Of a stretch of DNA of 64,000 nt, positions 53,655 to 62,859 are shown piece by piece (the stretch's first letter is position 1; each line of letters opens with the position of its first letter). The position numbers and the translations under genes are program-made. This stretch comes from a virus (taxonomy: Duplodnaviria; Heunggongvirae; Uroviricota; Caudoviricetes). The DNA is taken from the IMG/VR virus record IMGVR_UViG_3300044951_001136; one strand, given 5' to 3'. Below the pieces are notes generated by a model that did no database searches, was not told the DNA's origin, and was given only the letters and a program-made list of their open reading frames with translations.

Positions 53655-53680
53655 TGCCCCTTAATTGGGGCGTTTCTGCC
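53655..53680 (+). terminator. probable intrinsic terminator
   Basis: gcccc-ttaatt-ggggcg followed by tttctgcc (weak U-tract). Confidence 0.4.
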
Positions 53681-53709
53681 TTGACATTAAATGAATTTGG
53701 GTATATAAT
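53681..53709 (+). promoter_or_regulatory. perfect sigma70 consensus promoter TTGACA-N17-TATAAT
   Basis: ttgaca 53681-86, 17-nt spacer, tataat 53704-09. Confidence 0.7.
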
Positions 53710-53744
53710 ACAATCTTAGACAGTTAATTAAAGGACTCAAAATG
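53681..53744 (+). repeat. 64-bp perfect direct repeat copy 1 carrying sigma70 consensus promoter + 5'UTR + SD + ATG
   Basis: Identical to 54068..54131 base for base. Confidence 0.85.
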
Positions 53745-54071
53745 ATTTTATCTGACTATGCTGAATTCTCTAAAAATGCTGAATACAAACTTGTTGAAGG
53801 TGTTGTAGGACCTACTAGTGTATATAAACTCAAACGCATTGTCTCTAATGGTATTGGCGTTGATTTGACACATAGTAACTATTACTTTTCCAAGCAATTG
53901 AATACATTGATTTCTATGGGTCGCGGTGGAATTGGCACTAAAGGTAAGACACTGACATTGGACAAATATCGCAAATACAACCTGCGTGAAAAGTTCAAAA
54001 ACACTGTTTATAGTCGCAGTATCAAAGTTGATAGTGCTGAGATTCGGGTGTCCGCAATTAACCAAATTTGA
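53742..54071 (+). CDS. hypothetical protein (109 aa)
   Basis: ORF driven by repeat-borne promoter. Confidence 0.5.
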   Translation: MILSDYAEFSKNAEYKLVEGVVGPTSVYKLKRIVSNGIGVDLTHSNYYFSKQLNTLISMGRGGIGTKGKTLTLDKYRKYNLREKFKNTVYSRSIKVDSAEIRVSAINQI

Positions 54072-54096
54072 CATTAAATGAATTTGGGTATATAAT
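54068..54096 (+). promoter_or_regulatory. perfect sigma70 consensus promoter TTGACA-N17-TATAAT
   Basis: Read in sequence. Confidence 0.7.
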
Positions 54097-54131
54097 ACAA
54101 TCTTAGACAGTTAATTAAAGGACTCAAAATG
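54068..54131 (+). repeat. 64-bp perfect direct repeat copy 2; its TTGACA contains the TGA stop of the upstream gene
   Basis: Identical to 53681..53744. Confidence 0.85.
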
Positions 54132-54770
54132 GCTAACTATCACAAACCTGCTCTCCTGAATATCAACGCTGATGACGCATGGGCTGCGGCCTGTCAAGCA
54201 CAACGCCTCAATCAAGGTTATATCAAGGTTGATGCAGATGCTCCCGCTGGTCAAACTAATCGCCGATTGGTACTGAATTTGCTTGCTGAACCCAGTATGA
54301 TTACCGCAGAAGATGTTGAGCAAGGTAAATTGGTTCGACAGTTCTATCAAGCATTCACATTCAAAATCCTTAAAGGTATCAAGTTGTCGGAGTTTGACAA
54401 CACTGCAATGCTACTTGCCAATCGTGAAACTATTGAAACTAATTATGATATCGCAGTACTCACTAGTTTGCCTTCATGCTACGAGCGTGGCATGAAACGA
54501 CAAACTGTGGACCAGCGAGTTGCGTTTGCTACCGGTGGATTCATTGGCCAACTGACTGATAAAGTCTCGGTCAGGATTGAAGTTCTCAAAACTTTCTATT
54601 CGCAACAATGGGACACCAACTATGTCACTGGCATCACCAGTGATGACCAAGTGTTGTTCTTTGCATTCAAACATCAACTAGAAGTGGGTATGATGGTTGA
54701 CCTGCAGGGCACTGTCAAAGCACACCGTGACAATGTTACTCAATTGAATCGGGTAAAGGTAATCGCATGA
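54129..54770 (+). CDS. hypothetical protein (213 aa)
   Basis: ORF. Confidence 0.5.
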   Translation: MANYHKPALLNINADDAWAAACQAQRLNQGYIKVDADAPAGQTNRRLVLNLLAEPSMITAEDVEQGKLVRQFYQAFTFKILKGIKLSEFDNTAMLLANRETIETNYDIAVLTSLPSCYERGMKRQTVDQRVAFATGGFIGQLTDKVSVRIEVLKTFYSQQWDTNYVTGITSDDQVLFFAFKHQLEVGMMVDLQGTVKAHRDNVTQLNRVKVIA

Positions 54771-54892
54771 AAACGATATTGGGTATATTGCTATTGACTT
54801 TTATCTCAGGATGCAGTACAATAGCGGGAGCAGTCAAGGGAGTCGGTGAAGATGTAAAACACGGGACTAATGTTATTTTTGAATTAGCATGA
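54767..54892 (+). CDS. entericidin-like small lipoprotein (41 aa), not in ORF track
   Basis: MKTILGILLLTFISGCSTIAGAVKGVGEDVKHGTNVIFELA: lipobox ISGC plus GxGEDxKHxGN core resembling EcnA/EcnB; ATGA-coupled on both sides. Confidence 0.55.
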   Translation: MKTILGILLLTFISGCSTIAGAVKGVGEDVKHGTNVIFELA

Positions 54893-55251
54893 CTAAAAAA
54901 TTATCACTGGTTTCAAAACAGAAAGAAAGTCGTCGATTGGGTGAGTTAGCTTTTCCTGAGCATACAATGGAAGCATTGGACAATTATTTCCTTAAAGGTT
55001 ACCCGCCTGGTGGTTTTCTCACAAGCATACTTACTAATAATTTGTATGGAGCCGTATCAAGCGCAGACAATGCCAACAAGCATGTTATCTTTGAGATTGT
55101 CAAATGGTTAACTACTGAATCAAGACTCCCGCCAACTAGCTGGGGATGTAATGAAAATGTAATAGCTTGGTTGCATGATGAAGGTGGTATCAGAACCAAG
55201 TGGGTTGAAAAGATGGAAAAAGAATATATTTGGGAAACATTGAAAGCATAA
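54889..55251 (+). CDS. hypothetical protein (120 aa)
   Basis: ORF. Confidence 0.45.
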   Translation: MTKKLSLVSKQKESRRLGELAFPEHTMEALDNYFLKGYPPGGFLTSILTNNLYGAVSSADNANKHVIFEIVKWLTTESRLPPTSWGCNENVIAWLHDEGGIRTKWVEKMEKEYIWETLKA

Positions 55252-55252
55252 T

Positions 55253-55600
55253 ATGTTAGGCTGGGTTACAATTCAAAAAATTCGCAAGTTAGAAGAAATG
55301 ACCGATCAGATCGGAATGAAGTTTGCCTCAAATAAATACGATAATACTTATGGTGAAACTATAGCATTGGTTCCCAAAGATAAAGATTCATTGCCTATCT
55401 ATTGTCGTGATGCTGTCTTATTTGTTGGATCATTGGAAGAGGCTGGCAAGTTTATGCAAGGTGTAGTGTGGGCGCGTGATTATGATCAAATGCTAAAGAT
55501 TAGCGATGTCAAAAAGCGTGAACGCAAAGAACAAGATGAACGCAATCGTCAGTTGGTCAACATCTTGAAAAATGAAAAGAATAGTTTAGTGATAACATGA
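55253..55600 (+). CDS. hypothetical protein (115 aa)
   Basis: ORF. Confidence 0.45.
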   Translation: MLGWVTIQKIRKLEEMTDQIGMKFASNKYDNTYGETIALVPKDKDSLPIYCRDAVLFVGSLEEAGKFMQGVVWARDYDQMLKISDVKKRERKEQDERNRQLVNILKNEKNSLVIT

Positions 55601-55815
55601 CAAAAAATATTACAATTGGGGGACTTCTCCTCATAACACTGATGCTTGCGCTACGACCGGATCCTGAGAATTTGTGTACAGATGATCCCAACACTGTTGT
55701 CATTGAATATGAGTGTAACAATCTAGCTGATTATGAAAATGTACCCCCAGAAGTAACTGCTGAATGTCGTGCCCGTGCAGTAGCGGCTACTACCCGTAAC
55801 AAAACAAAAATTTAA
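55597..55815 (+). CDS. small secreted/membrane-anchored Cys-containing protein (72 aa)
   Basis: N-terminal hydrophobic segment GGLLLITLMLAL. Confidence 0.4.
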   Translation: MTKNITIGGLLLITLMLALRPDPENLCTDDPNTVVIEYECNNLADYENVPPEVTAECRARAVAATTRNKTKI

Positions 55816-55827
55816 ATAGGAAAAACA

Positions 55828-57174
55828 ATGTCAGCTTCATGGATAACAAAATTAAATCTATCAAATAGTCGCCTTCACAAAGAAGATGTAGTATTGCAAG
55901 CATTAGAGGCGAGTGTCCTGGGTAGTACAAATGCTCAAAATTTTTTGAAATTTGCAAAAGCCTGCTATAACCCGTACTTGGTTTTTGGTGTTAAACAGAT
56001 TCCCGATACTGCGGGAATCGTTGACGCAGAAAATCCCTGGGATGATTTTAATCAACTACTGACCGATCTTAGTCAACGAAAATTGACCGGTCATGCTGCA
56101 CGAGATGCGGTACACAGTTTAGCTGAACGGTTTGATAGTAATGAATGGAATACTTTCTTAGCACCAGTGTTACGCAGAGACCTTCGTGTGGGTATCTCAT
56201 CAACTACTATCAACAAAATCTGTAAAAAGACTGAATACGAAATCCCAATCTTTAGCTGTCAACTAGCAGCCAATGGTGAAGGTCGTCCTGAAATGAAGGG
56301 TACAAAACGGCTTGAACCCAAACTAGATGGGGTTCGGGCATTGTTCACGGTTATCCCTAGCGACTTTGGCATCACTGTAGTTTGCTATAGCCGCAATGGT
56401 AAAGTGTTTGAGAACTTTGGTCATATTGAAGAACAGATTCATGCTAATTGGACCCTAATGGTTCGTGCATGTGCAGGTGTAGATCAAGGTCGTAGTCTGG
56501 TTAATGGTTTTGTACTTGACGGTGAAGTGATTGGCAACTCATTCCAAGAACTTATGCGACAAGCACGGCGTAAGGATAATGTACAAGCAGCAGATAGTGT
56601 GTTCAATGTGTTTGATATTATCCCACTACAAGATTTCCGTAAAGGACAGTGGAATGCTCCTTTGAGTAAGCGTATTGAATTGCTTGATGCAATGCGTCCT
56701 GTAATTGAAGCAATGACCAATATGGAATTGCTACCCCATATTATGGTTGATCTTGACACCGCAGCAGGTAAGGATCAGTTTAGTAGATATTGTACAGATA
56801 TGGTAAACGCTGGCTTTGAGGGCGTTATGATAAAATCAGTAGATGCACCTTACGAATGCAAGAGGTCAACTAGTTGGATGAAATATAAACCGGTGTATGA
56901 CTATGATTTAACCGTTATTGCGATTGAAGAAGGTACTGGTAAGAATGTAGGTCGTATGGGCGCTCTTGTTTGCGAAGGAATTGATGATGGTAAGCACATT
57001 GTAGTTAATGTGGGTAGTGGGTACACCGATGAAGAACGACAAGCATACTGGAATGATGGATATTCAGTTATTGGTCAAACTATTGTAGTAATGGCTGATG
57101 CTATTACTCAGAATCAGGATGGATCATACAGTCTCCGGTTTCCCAGATTCAAGACATTCCGCACTGACAAATAA
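55828..57174 (+). CDS. ATP-dependent DNA ligase (T4 gp30-like)
   Basis: KLTGHAARDAV ~ T4 ligase KLTGNAAIEEL; motif I EPKLDGVRAL (KxDG). Confidence 0.85.
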   Translation: MSASWITKLNLSNSRLHKEDVVLQALEASVLGSTNAQNFLKFAKACYNPYLVFGVKQIPDTAGIVDAENPWDDFNQLLTDLSQRKLTGHAARDAVHSLAERFDSNEWNTFLAPVLRRDLRVGISSTTINKICKKTEYEIPIFSCQLAANGEGRPEMKGTKRLEPKLDGVRALFTVIPSDFGITVVCYSRNGKVFENFGHIEEQIHANWTLMVRACAGVDQGRSLVNGFVLDGEVIGNSFQELMRQARRKDNVQAADSVFNVFDIIPLQDFRKGQWNAPLSKRIELLDAMRPVIEAMTNMELLPHIMVDLDTAAGKDQFSRYCTDMVNAGFEGVMIKSVDAPYECKRSTSWMKYKPVYDYDLTVIAIEEGTGKNVGRMGALVCEGIDDGKHIVVNVGSGYTDEERQAYWNDGYSVIGQTIVVMADAITQNQDGSYSLRFPRFKTFRTDK

Positions 57175-57214
57175 CAGTTGACCTTTTATTACTGCTTGAA
57201 CATTTTGGAGTTGA

Positions 57215-57394
57215 ATGATGATTAAACTTTGGTTGGCATTTATTATCTTTGCAGCATTGATTCATTTTGGTATTACTGTCTGGCGAAAGATGGAAAGAAA
57301 AGAGCGTTGGTCATTGACAAAAACTGCTGTCTATAGTATACTTGTCTCATTGCTAGCTGTTCTAGTAATAACTGTAATTGTAATTTTATTTTAA
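57215..57394 (+). CDS. small two-TM membrane protein (59 aa), not in ORF track; possible NfeD-like partner of SPFH protein
   Basis: MMIKLWLAFIIFAALIHFGITVW...ILVSLLAVLVITVIVILF. Confidence 0.4.
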   Translation: MMIKLWLAFIIFAALIHFGITVWRKMERKERWSLTKTAVYSILVSLLAVLVITVIVILF

Positions 57395-57403
57395 GGAAAA
57401 AAC

Positions 57404-58198
57404 ATGAAGCGTATTTTAACTCTCTCCGTTCTTGCTGCGGCAGTATTGGCAACAGGTTGCACTCGTATTGAAACCGGTGAGGTGGGTGTGCGTGTGGGAT
57501 TTGACAAGCAGGTACAAAGTGGTGAACTCTTGCCCGGCTCGTTCAATCAAGTATTGATCGGAGATGTACTTACATTCCCGATTAAAGATGTCAATGTCCC
57601 GTTGAATGATATGACTCCCGTTGCCAAAGACAACTCAACAATGAAAGACTTTGATGCTGTGGTTGTCTATAACATCAACCCTGCACAAGTAGCAGAGCTA
57701 TATTCTACTAAGAACAAGAGCTTCCACACTGAATTCAAGGGTGATACTTATGTGATGTACAATTACATTGTGCAAAATGCTCGTAATGCCATCTACAAGG
57801 CAGCCCGTAAGTACGAGGCCCTGGACATGGCAGATGCTCGTAGCGATATGGAAAACTTCATCAAGGAAGAAATTGTTCGCAATCTTACTGAAGAAAAGCT
57901 GGATGGTAGCATTATGATCAGTCAAGTGTTGATTCGTAATGTAGTACCAGCAGATTCAGTTGTGGCAAGTGCTAATGAATTAGTCAAAGCCAAGAACGAA
58001 CTCAAGCAGAAAGAAGTTGAAGTTAAGACTGCTGAGGCTGAAAGCCGTCGTATGGCAGCATTGGCTAACAACAGCGGTAGTTCAATTGCATTCATGCAGG
58101 CACAGGCCATGTTGAACATTAGTGAAGGTATCAAGAATGGCAAAGTGCAGACAATTGTTGTTCCTTCAAACTTTAACGCATTGATGATGACCAAATGA
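57404..58198 (+). CDS. SPFH/Band-7 (stomatin/prohibitin-like) lipoprotein
   Basis: Lipobox LATGC; IETGEVGVRVGFDKQVQSGELLPG SPFH N-terminal signature; coiled-coil C-terminus. Confidence 0.75.
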   Translation: MKRILTLSVLAAAVLATGCTRIETGEVGVRVGFDKQVQSGELLPGSFNQVLIGDVLTFPIKDVNVPLNDMTPVAKDNSTMKDFDAVVVYNINPAQVAELYSTKNKSFHTEFKGDTYVMYNYIVQNARNAIYKAARKYEALDMADARSDMENFIKEEIVRNLTEEKLDGSIMISQVLIRNVVPADSVVASANELVKAKNELKQKEVEVKTAEAESRRMAALANNSGSSIAFMQAQAMLNISEGIKNGKVQTIVVPSNFNALMMTK

Positions 58199-58215
58199 CA
58201 TTGAATGAATAAATC

Positions 58216-58440
58216 ATGGCATTATTTTACAAAGAAGTTGAAGTTGAAATTGAAGTTGACTTGAGCGAGTTTGAGACCAAGGAGCTAGTTGAAGAATTAG
58301 CAAGTCGTGGATCAGCAGGAGAAGATGATACTGCTAAAGAATTGCTAGAAGCGATCTGGTTAAAGCGTAGGATTAAAAATGACAACTATCAAGAAGAATT
58401 GGATCAGTTGATTTATCAGATGCTTGGCCACGTTGTATGA
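58216..58440 (+). CDS. hypothetical acidic protein (74 aa)
   Basis: ORF. Confidence 0.35.
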   Translation: MALFYKEVEVEIEVDLSEFETKELVEELASRGSAGEDDTAKELLEAIWLKRRIKNDNYQEELDQLIYQMLGHVV

Positions 58441-58634
58441 CACATCCTTTAGTAGGTAAATCATATACCTTTGAGGATGGCAATAGGATGGAGATAATCC
58501 AAGTAAGAGAACAAGATGAACTGCGCGGCGGTGCTAGTGTTACTTATTTGGCTTATCAAGGTCCTGGTATTCCACAGAAATTAATATTAAATTTAGATCA
58601 ATTCATTGAAATCTACGGACAGTTATTTGAATGA
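58437..58634 (+). CDS. hypothetical protein (65 aa)
   Basis: ATGA-coupled ORF. Confidence 0.35.
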   Translation: MTHPLVGKSYTFEDGNRMEIIQVREQDELRGGASVTYLAYQGPGIPQKLILNLDQFIEIYGQLFE

Positions 58635-58668
58635 CTATTTAGGTAGTCTATTACAGACTAAATAAACA

Positions 58669-60357
58669 ATGCTCAAAAGAATATTCAGTTTTTCCAATTT
58701 CACACTATTAGTAGCATTAATCCTTAGTACTATCGCCGCATGGTATAGTATTATTGGGTTAACTACTATTTTTGCCGGGGCAGTGATTCCAGTAATCATC
58801 ATGGGTTCAGTACTTGAACTTGCAAAGATAACCACAACAGTTTGGCTGCGTAAGTATTGGAATCGTGCCGGTTGGTTAATTAAACTGTACTTAGTGCCTG
58901 CTGTAATAGCTATTGCATTGATTACCAGTATGGGTATTTTTGGCTTTTTAAGTAAAGCACACATGGATCAAGGTGTTACCTCAGGTGATGTGCAAGCCAA
59001 GATAGCAATTTATGATGAGAAGATTAAAACAGAAAAAGAGAATATTGAAGCAAATCGTAAGGCACTAAAACAAATGGATGAGGGAGTGGATCAAGTTTTA
59101 GGCCGATCAACCGATGAAAAAGGTGCCGAGAAAGCTGTGGTTATGCGTAAGTCTCAGCAGAAAGAACGGATCAGACTTCAAAATGAAATACTACAGTCGC
59201 AGAAGTCTATCGCGGTACTTAACGATGCCCGCGCGCCTATTGCTGCTGAGGTTAGAAAAGTAGAAGCAGAGGTTGGTCCGATCAAATACATAGCAGCATT
59301 GCTATACGGCGATGATCCTGATCAAAATCTTTTAGAAAAAGCAGTACGATGGGTTATTATATTACTTGTTATCGTATTTGATCCACTTGCTATTGCACTT
59401 GTTCTAGCTGCTAATGCAAGCAAAGACTGGGACAATGAAGAACTTGAATCAGAGATTGATCACCAAGAGCGCACAGATGATCTACTAGAAACAGTTGATG
59501 AACCTAAATCCAAAATTGAAGAAGAACCTGTAAAAGAATTTGATATTAAAGATCATCCATATTTGTTTAAACCTGCAGGCAGTCATACCCCACCTGGAAT
59601 AGAACCTGCTCCGATTCAAGTATACAACCCAGAACCAAGCTATGATACATTAGAGCCTTGTTATAAGTGCGGTACACCATTAGTTGATGCTCCTGGAATT
59701 GGTCCGTTCTGCCCAAATAAAAAGTGTGATGTATTTGATGGACCTTATTTAAAAGATAAAGAACCAATTGAAATTACTTATATTCCGTTTGGATCGTTAT
59801 CAATAGAATCTGTAGATGAAAAAGAAATGACTAGAGATTCTACTGAGAAAATTGTTGATCAAGATCCAAACTTTGAAGGTATAAAAGTTGATGGTGAATG
59901 GATACAAACAGGTCCTGCTTTTAAAGAAATACCTAAAACTGAATTAGCTGATAAAATCGTAGCCAATACTATTTCTTTTGAAAATTTAGAAGGCGGATAT
60001 GTAATGTTTGACGGTAAGCACATGCATAAAGATGTGTTATTGGGTAAGCATCCAGATATGTTGAAATTATTCACTGATACAGGAAGAGAGAGCAAAACTA
60101 GTTTTGGCACTACATTTCCATCTGTATCCACAAAAGGTGATACCTTTGTACGAGTAGATGCCTTACCAAATAAGGTTTACAAATTTGACGGAAACAGATG
60201 GATCATTATTAATAAAGACCAATCAACTAGCTACTTGCATGACCAAGAATATATCAAGTATTTGATCAAAAAGATTGAAGCGGGCGAGTATGATATTGAA
60301 TTGTTGTCTGATATTGAAAGACAGCAAATTGAAGAATATTTGACCAAACGCGATTGA
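58669..60357 (+). CDS. membrane protein with 3-4 N-terminal TM helices, long coiled-coil and C-terminal globular region with a Cys4 motif (562 aa)
   Basis: Hydrophobic N-terminus; coiled-coil EKIKTEKENIEANRKALKQMDEG; CYKCG...CPNKKC. Confidence 0.55.
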   Translation: MLKRIFSFSNFTLLVALILSTIAAWYSIIGLTTIFAGAVIPVIIMGSVLELAKITTTVWLRKYWNRAGWLIKLYLVPAVIAIALITSMGIFGFLSKAHMDQGVTSGDVQAKIAIYDEKIKTEKENIEANRKALKQMDEGVDQVLGRSTDEKGAEKAVVMRKSQQKERIRLQNEILQSQKSIAVLNDARAPIAAEVRKVEAEVGPIKYIAALLYGDDPDQNLLEKAVRWVIILLVIVFDPLAIALVLAANASKDWDNEELESEIDHQERTDDLLETVDEPKSKIEEEPVKEFDIKDHPYLFKPAGSHTPPGIEPAPIQVYNPEPSYDTLEPCYKCGTPLVDAPGIGPFCPNKKCDVFDGPYLKDKEPIEITYIPFGSLSIESVDEKEMTRDSTEKIVDQDPNFEGIKVDGEWIQTGPAFKEIPKTELADKIVANTISFENLEGGYVMFDGKHMHKDVLLGKHPDMLKLFTDTGRESKTSFGTTFPSVSTKGDTFVRVDALPNKVYKFDGNRWIIINKDQSTSYLHDQEYIKYLIKKIEAGEYDIELLSDIERQQIEEYLTKRD

Positions 60358-60418
60358 TCTTTAATCCAATATAGTCTATAATACTATTATCTTTAACTAA
60401 CTCGTATAGGAGACAACT

Positions 60419-61501
60419 TTGAAATCAACAATATGGATATTCTCGCTGGAGCCTATTGAGACTCGCTATACAGCACAGTGGCACAGTCATGTGCCCGCTC
60501 TACTCAAGAACAAGTTAGGCGACCGTTTTAATGTGGTTCAAGTAGATGGTGTTCAGAAGAACAGCCAACTGACTCCGGGTGCGTTCTTAAACTTCTCCGA
60601 TACTAACTATTGGAAGAGTGCTCAAATGTGTGCGTTCTTAGAACAGCACAATCAAGGCAAGACTGGCCCCGACGATCACTTTATCTTTACAGATGCGTGG
60701 AACCCCACAGTGATCCAACTGAAATATATGTCAGACCTATTAGGCTTCAACTGGACTATACACGGATTATGGCATGCTGGCAGTTATGACCCTCAAGACT
60801 TCTTGGGACGAATTATCGGTGATGCTAAATGGGTCAGACATGCAGAATGTAGTTTCTTTGAAGCTATTAATCATAATTACTTTGCAACAGACTTTCATAT
60901 ACAATTATGGAGTGATTGCTTTTTGCTTCCGGAAGCAAAGAAATCATTGATAATGTCTAAGAAAATTGTAAAGACTGGCTGGCCAATGGAGTATCTTAAA
61001 GATACGCTAGTGACATATAGCAATTTAGAAAAAGAAAACATCATTTTGTTTCCACATCGTATTGCTCCTGAAAAGCAACTTGATATCTTTAGGGACTTGG
61101 CAGAAGCATTACCAGAATATAAATTTGTTATTGCACAGGATCAACACCTATCTAAACATGAATATCATACATTGTTAGGTAAAAGTAAAATTGTGTTTAG
61201 TGCAAACTTACAAGAAACATTAGGTATCAGTTGCTTTGAAGCATTATGTGTTAATGCATTTCCATTAGTTCCTAATAGACTAAGTTATACAGAAATGTAT
61301 CCAAGTGCATTTAAATATGATTCTAGATGGTCAGATAGCTTTAATAGTTACTTACAATTTAAAGATAGGTTAGTTGAGCATATACGTACTATAATGACAG
61401 AGATGGATGGTTCATTGCATTTTGAGAAAATAATTCAAACCCGAGAACTTATGCATCATAACTTTTTTAGTGCAACAAACTTACTGGAAAACATTACATG
61501 A
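60419..61501 (+). CDS. putative GT-B-fold glycosyltransferase (TTG start)
   Basis: FPHRIAPEKQLDIF ... GISCFEALCVNAFPLVP resembles the GT1/GT4 C-terminal domain; AGGAGA SD. Confidence 0.45.
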   Translation: MKSTIWIFSLEPIETRYTAQWHSHVPALLKNKLGDRFNVVQVDGVQKNSQLTPGAFLNFSDTNYWKSAQMCAFLEQHNQGKTGPDDHFIFTDAWNPTVIQLKYMSDLLGFNWTIHGLWHAGSYDPQDFLGRIIGDAKWVRHAECSFFEAINHNYFATDFHIQLWSDCFLLPEAKKSLIMSKKIVKTGWPMEYLKDTLVTYSNLEKENIILFPHRIAPEKQLDIFRDLAEALPEYKFVIAQDQHLSKHEYHTLLGKSKIVFSANLQETLGISCFEALCVNAFPLVPNRLSYTEMYPSAFKYDSRWSDSFNSYLQFKDRLVEHIRTIMTEMDGSLHFEKIIQTRELMHHNFFSATNLLENIT

Positions 61502-61556
61502 TCTTTAGCAAAGTAAGAGGACTCAAAGACAAATTGCAAAAAGGTAAAATTACTAT

Positions 61557-62759
61557 ATGACTTCAGAAAATAAACTAATACATTGTTCTTTTTGTAACAC
61601 CCACAAAGATAAAGTTAAAAAACTTATCGTAAGTGAAGATGTTGCAATTTGCAGCGATTGTATTGTATTATGTAATAACTTGGTTGAAGATGATAGTTTA
61701 GTAGTTGATACTCAATCCAAAGAAGAAGTTAAATACGATCCTTCTGATATCAAGGAATACTTAGATGAGCATGTTATCGGTCAAGATAATGCTAAAATGG
61801 TATTGAGTGTTGCTATTGCTAATCATTACAAACGCATTACCTATCCGCCAAAAGACTTAGAAATTCAAAAGGGCAATGTGTTACTGATCGGGCCCACGGG
61901 ATCAGGTAAAACTTTGCTGGCAAAGACAGTGGCAAAATATCTTAAAGTTCCTTTTGTTGTAACTGATGCTACTAGTTTGACAGAAGCTGGTTATGTGGGT
62001 GATGATGTTGAATCAATGATTAGTATGTTAGTTAATGCTGCTGGTGGAGATCCTAGACTGGCGGAACGCGGCATTGTGTTTGTTGATGAAATTGACAAGA
62101 TTGCCCGCAAGAGTGAAAGTGCAAGTATTACCCGTGATGTGTCGGGTGAGGGTGTTCAACAAGCATTGCTTAAATTAGTAGAAGGTACAATTTGTCGTAT
62201 CCCAGCAGCAGGTGGTAGAAAGCATCCTGGTGGTGATATGTTAGAAATTGATACAAAAAACATCCTATTCATAGCAGGAGGTGCATTTGTCGGGTTGAAA
62301 GACTTGATCAGTGATCGTAAAAATGGTTCTAATATTGGATTTAGTGCAGATATCAAAGATAAAAAGGCAGAGGGTGATCTTAAAGAAGTTACCCCAGATG
62401 ATTTGACCAAATATGGAATGATTCCCGAATTTATCGGTCGTTTCACTACTACAGTTAGTATTGGTGAATTAAACAAAGAGGAATTACTCAAAGTTCTTAC
62501 TGAAGTTAAAAACAACTATATTGAACAGTACAAATATCTGTTGAGTATTGATAATATTAAGTTGACATTTTCTCCAAGTGCATTGGATCAAATAGTTGAA
62601 AACTGCTTAAAGCTCAAGACAGGGGCACGTGGATTACACACTGAAATAGAAAAAGTTTTGATGCCGGCAATGTTTAATACGAAGAAATACAGAGAAAATA
62701 ACATTACCAAGATAGATATATCAAGAGAGCAAGTTTTAGAACCAAAATCAATGATTTAA
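61557..62759 (+). CDS. clpX: ClpX ATP-dependent unfoldase
   Basis: Zn-binding N-domain [32 protein letters not shown]; Walker [15 protein letters not shown]; VFVDEIDKI; ClpX-like length. Confidence 0.9.
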   Translation: MTSENKLIHCSFCNTHKDKVKKLIVSEDVAICSDCIVLCNNLVEDDSLVVDTQSKEEVKYDPSDIKEYLDEHVIGQDNAKMVLSVAIANHYKRITYPPKDLEIQKGNVLLIGPTGSGKTLLAKTVAKYLKVPFVVTDATSLTEAGYVGDDVESMISMLVNAAGGDPRLAERGIVFVDEIDKIARKSESASITRDVSGEGVQQALLKLVEGTICRIPAAGGRKHPGGDMLEIDTKNILFIAGGAFVGLKDLISDRKNGSNIGFSADIKDKKAEGDLKEVTPDDLTKYGMIPEFIGRFTTTVSIGELNKEELLKVLTEVKNNYIEQYKYLLSIDNIKLTFSPSALDQIVENCLKLKTGARGLHTEIEKVLMPAMFNTKKYRENNITKIDISREQVLEPKSMI

Positions 62760-62859
62760 TCTAAATAGTATAATTTTTTGCGTATTGCTGATACACTAAA
62801 TATATGTGAGTGCCGATAGTCGGGCTCACACAGTCATATTTGCTTATAGGAGAAATAAC

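Noticed and set aside
62806-62859. Upstream extension of the sHSP ORF (track start 62806)
   Set aside because: The extension has no SD, runs through a GC-rich hairpin and would add 18 residues not found in IbpA-family proteins. ATG 62860 sits 8 nt after AGGAGA.
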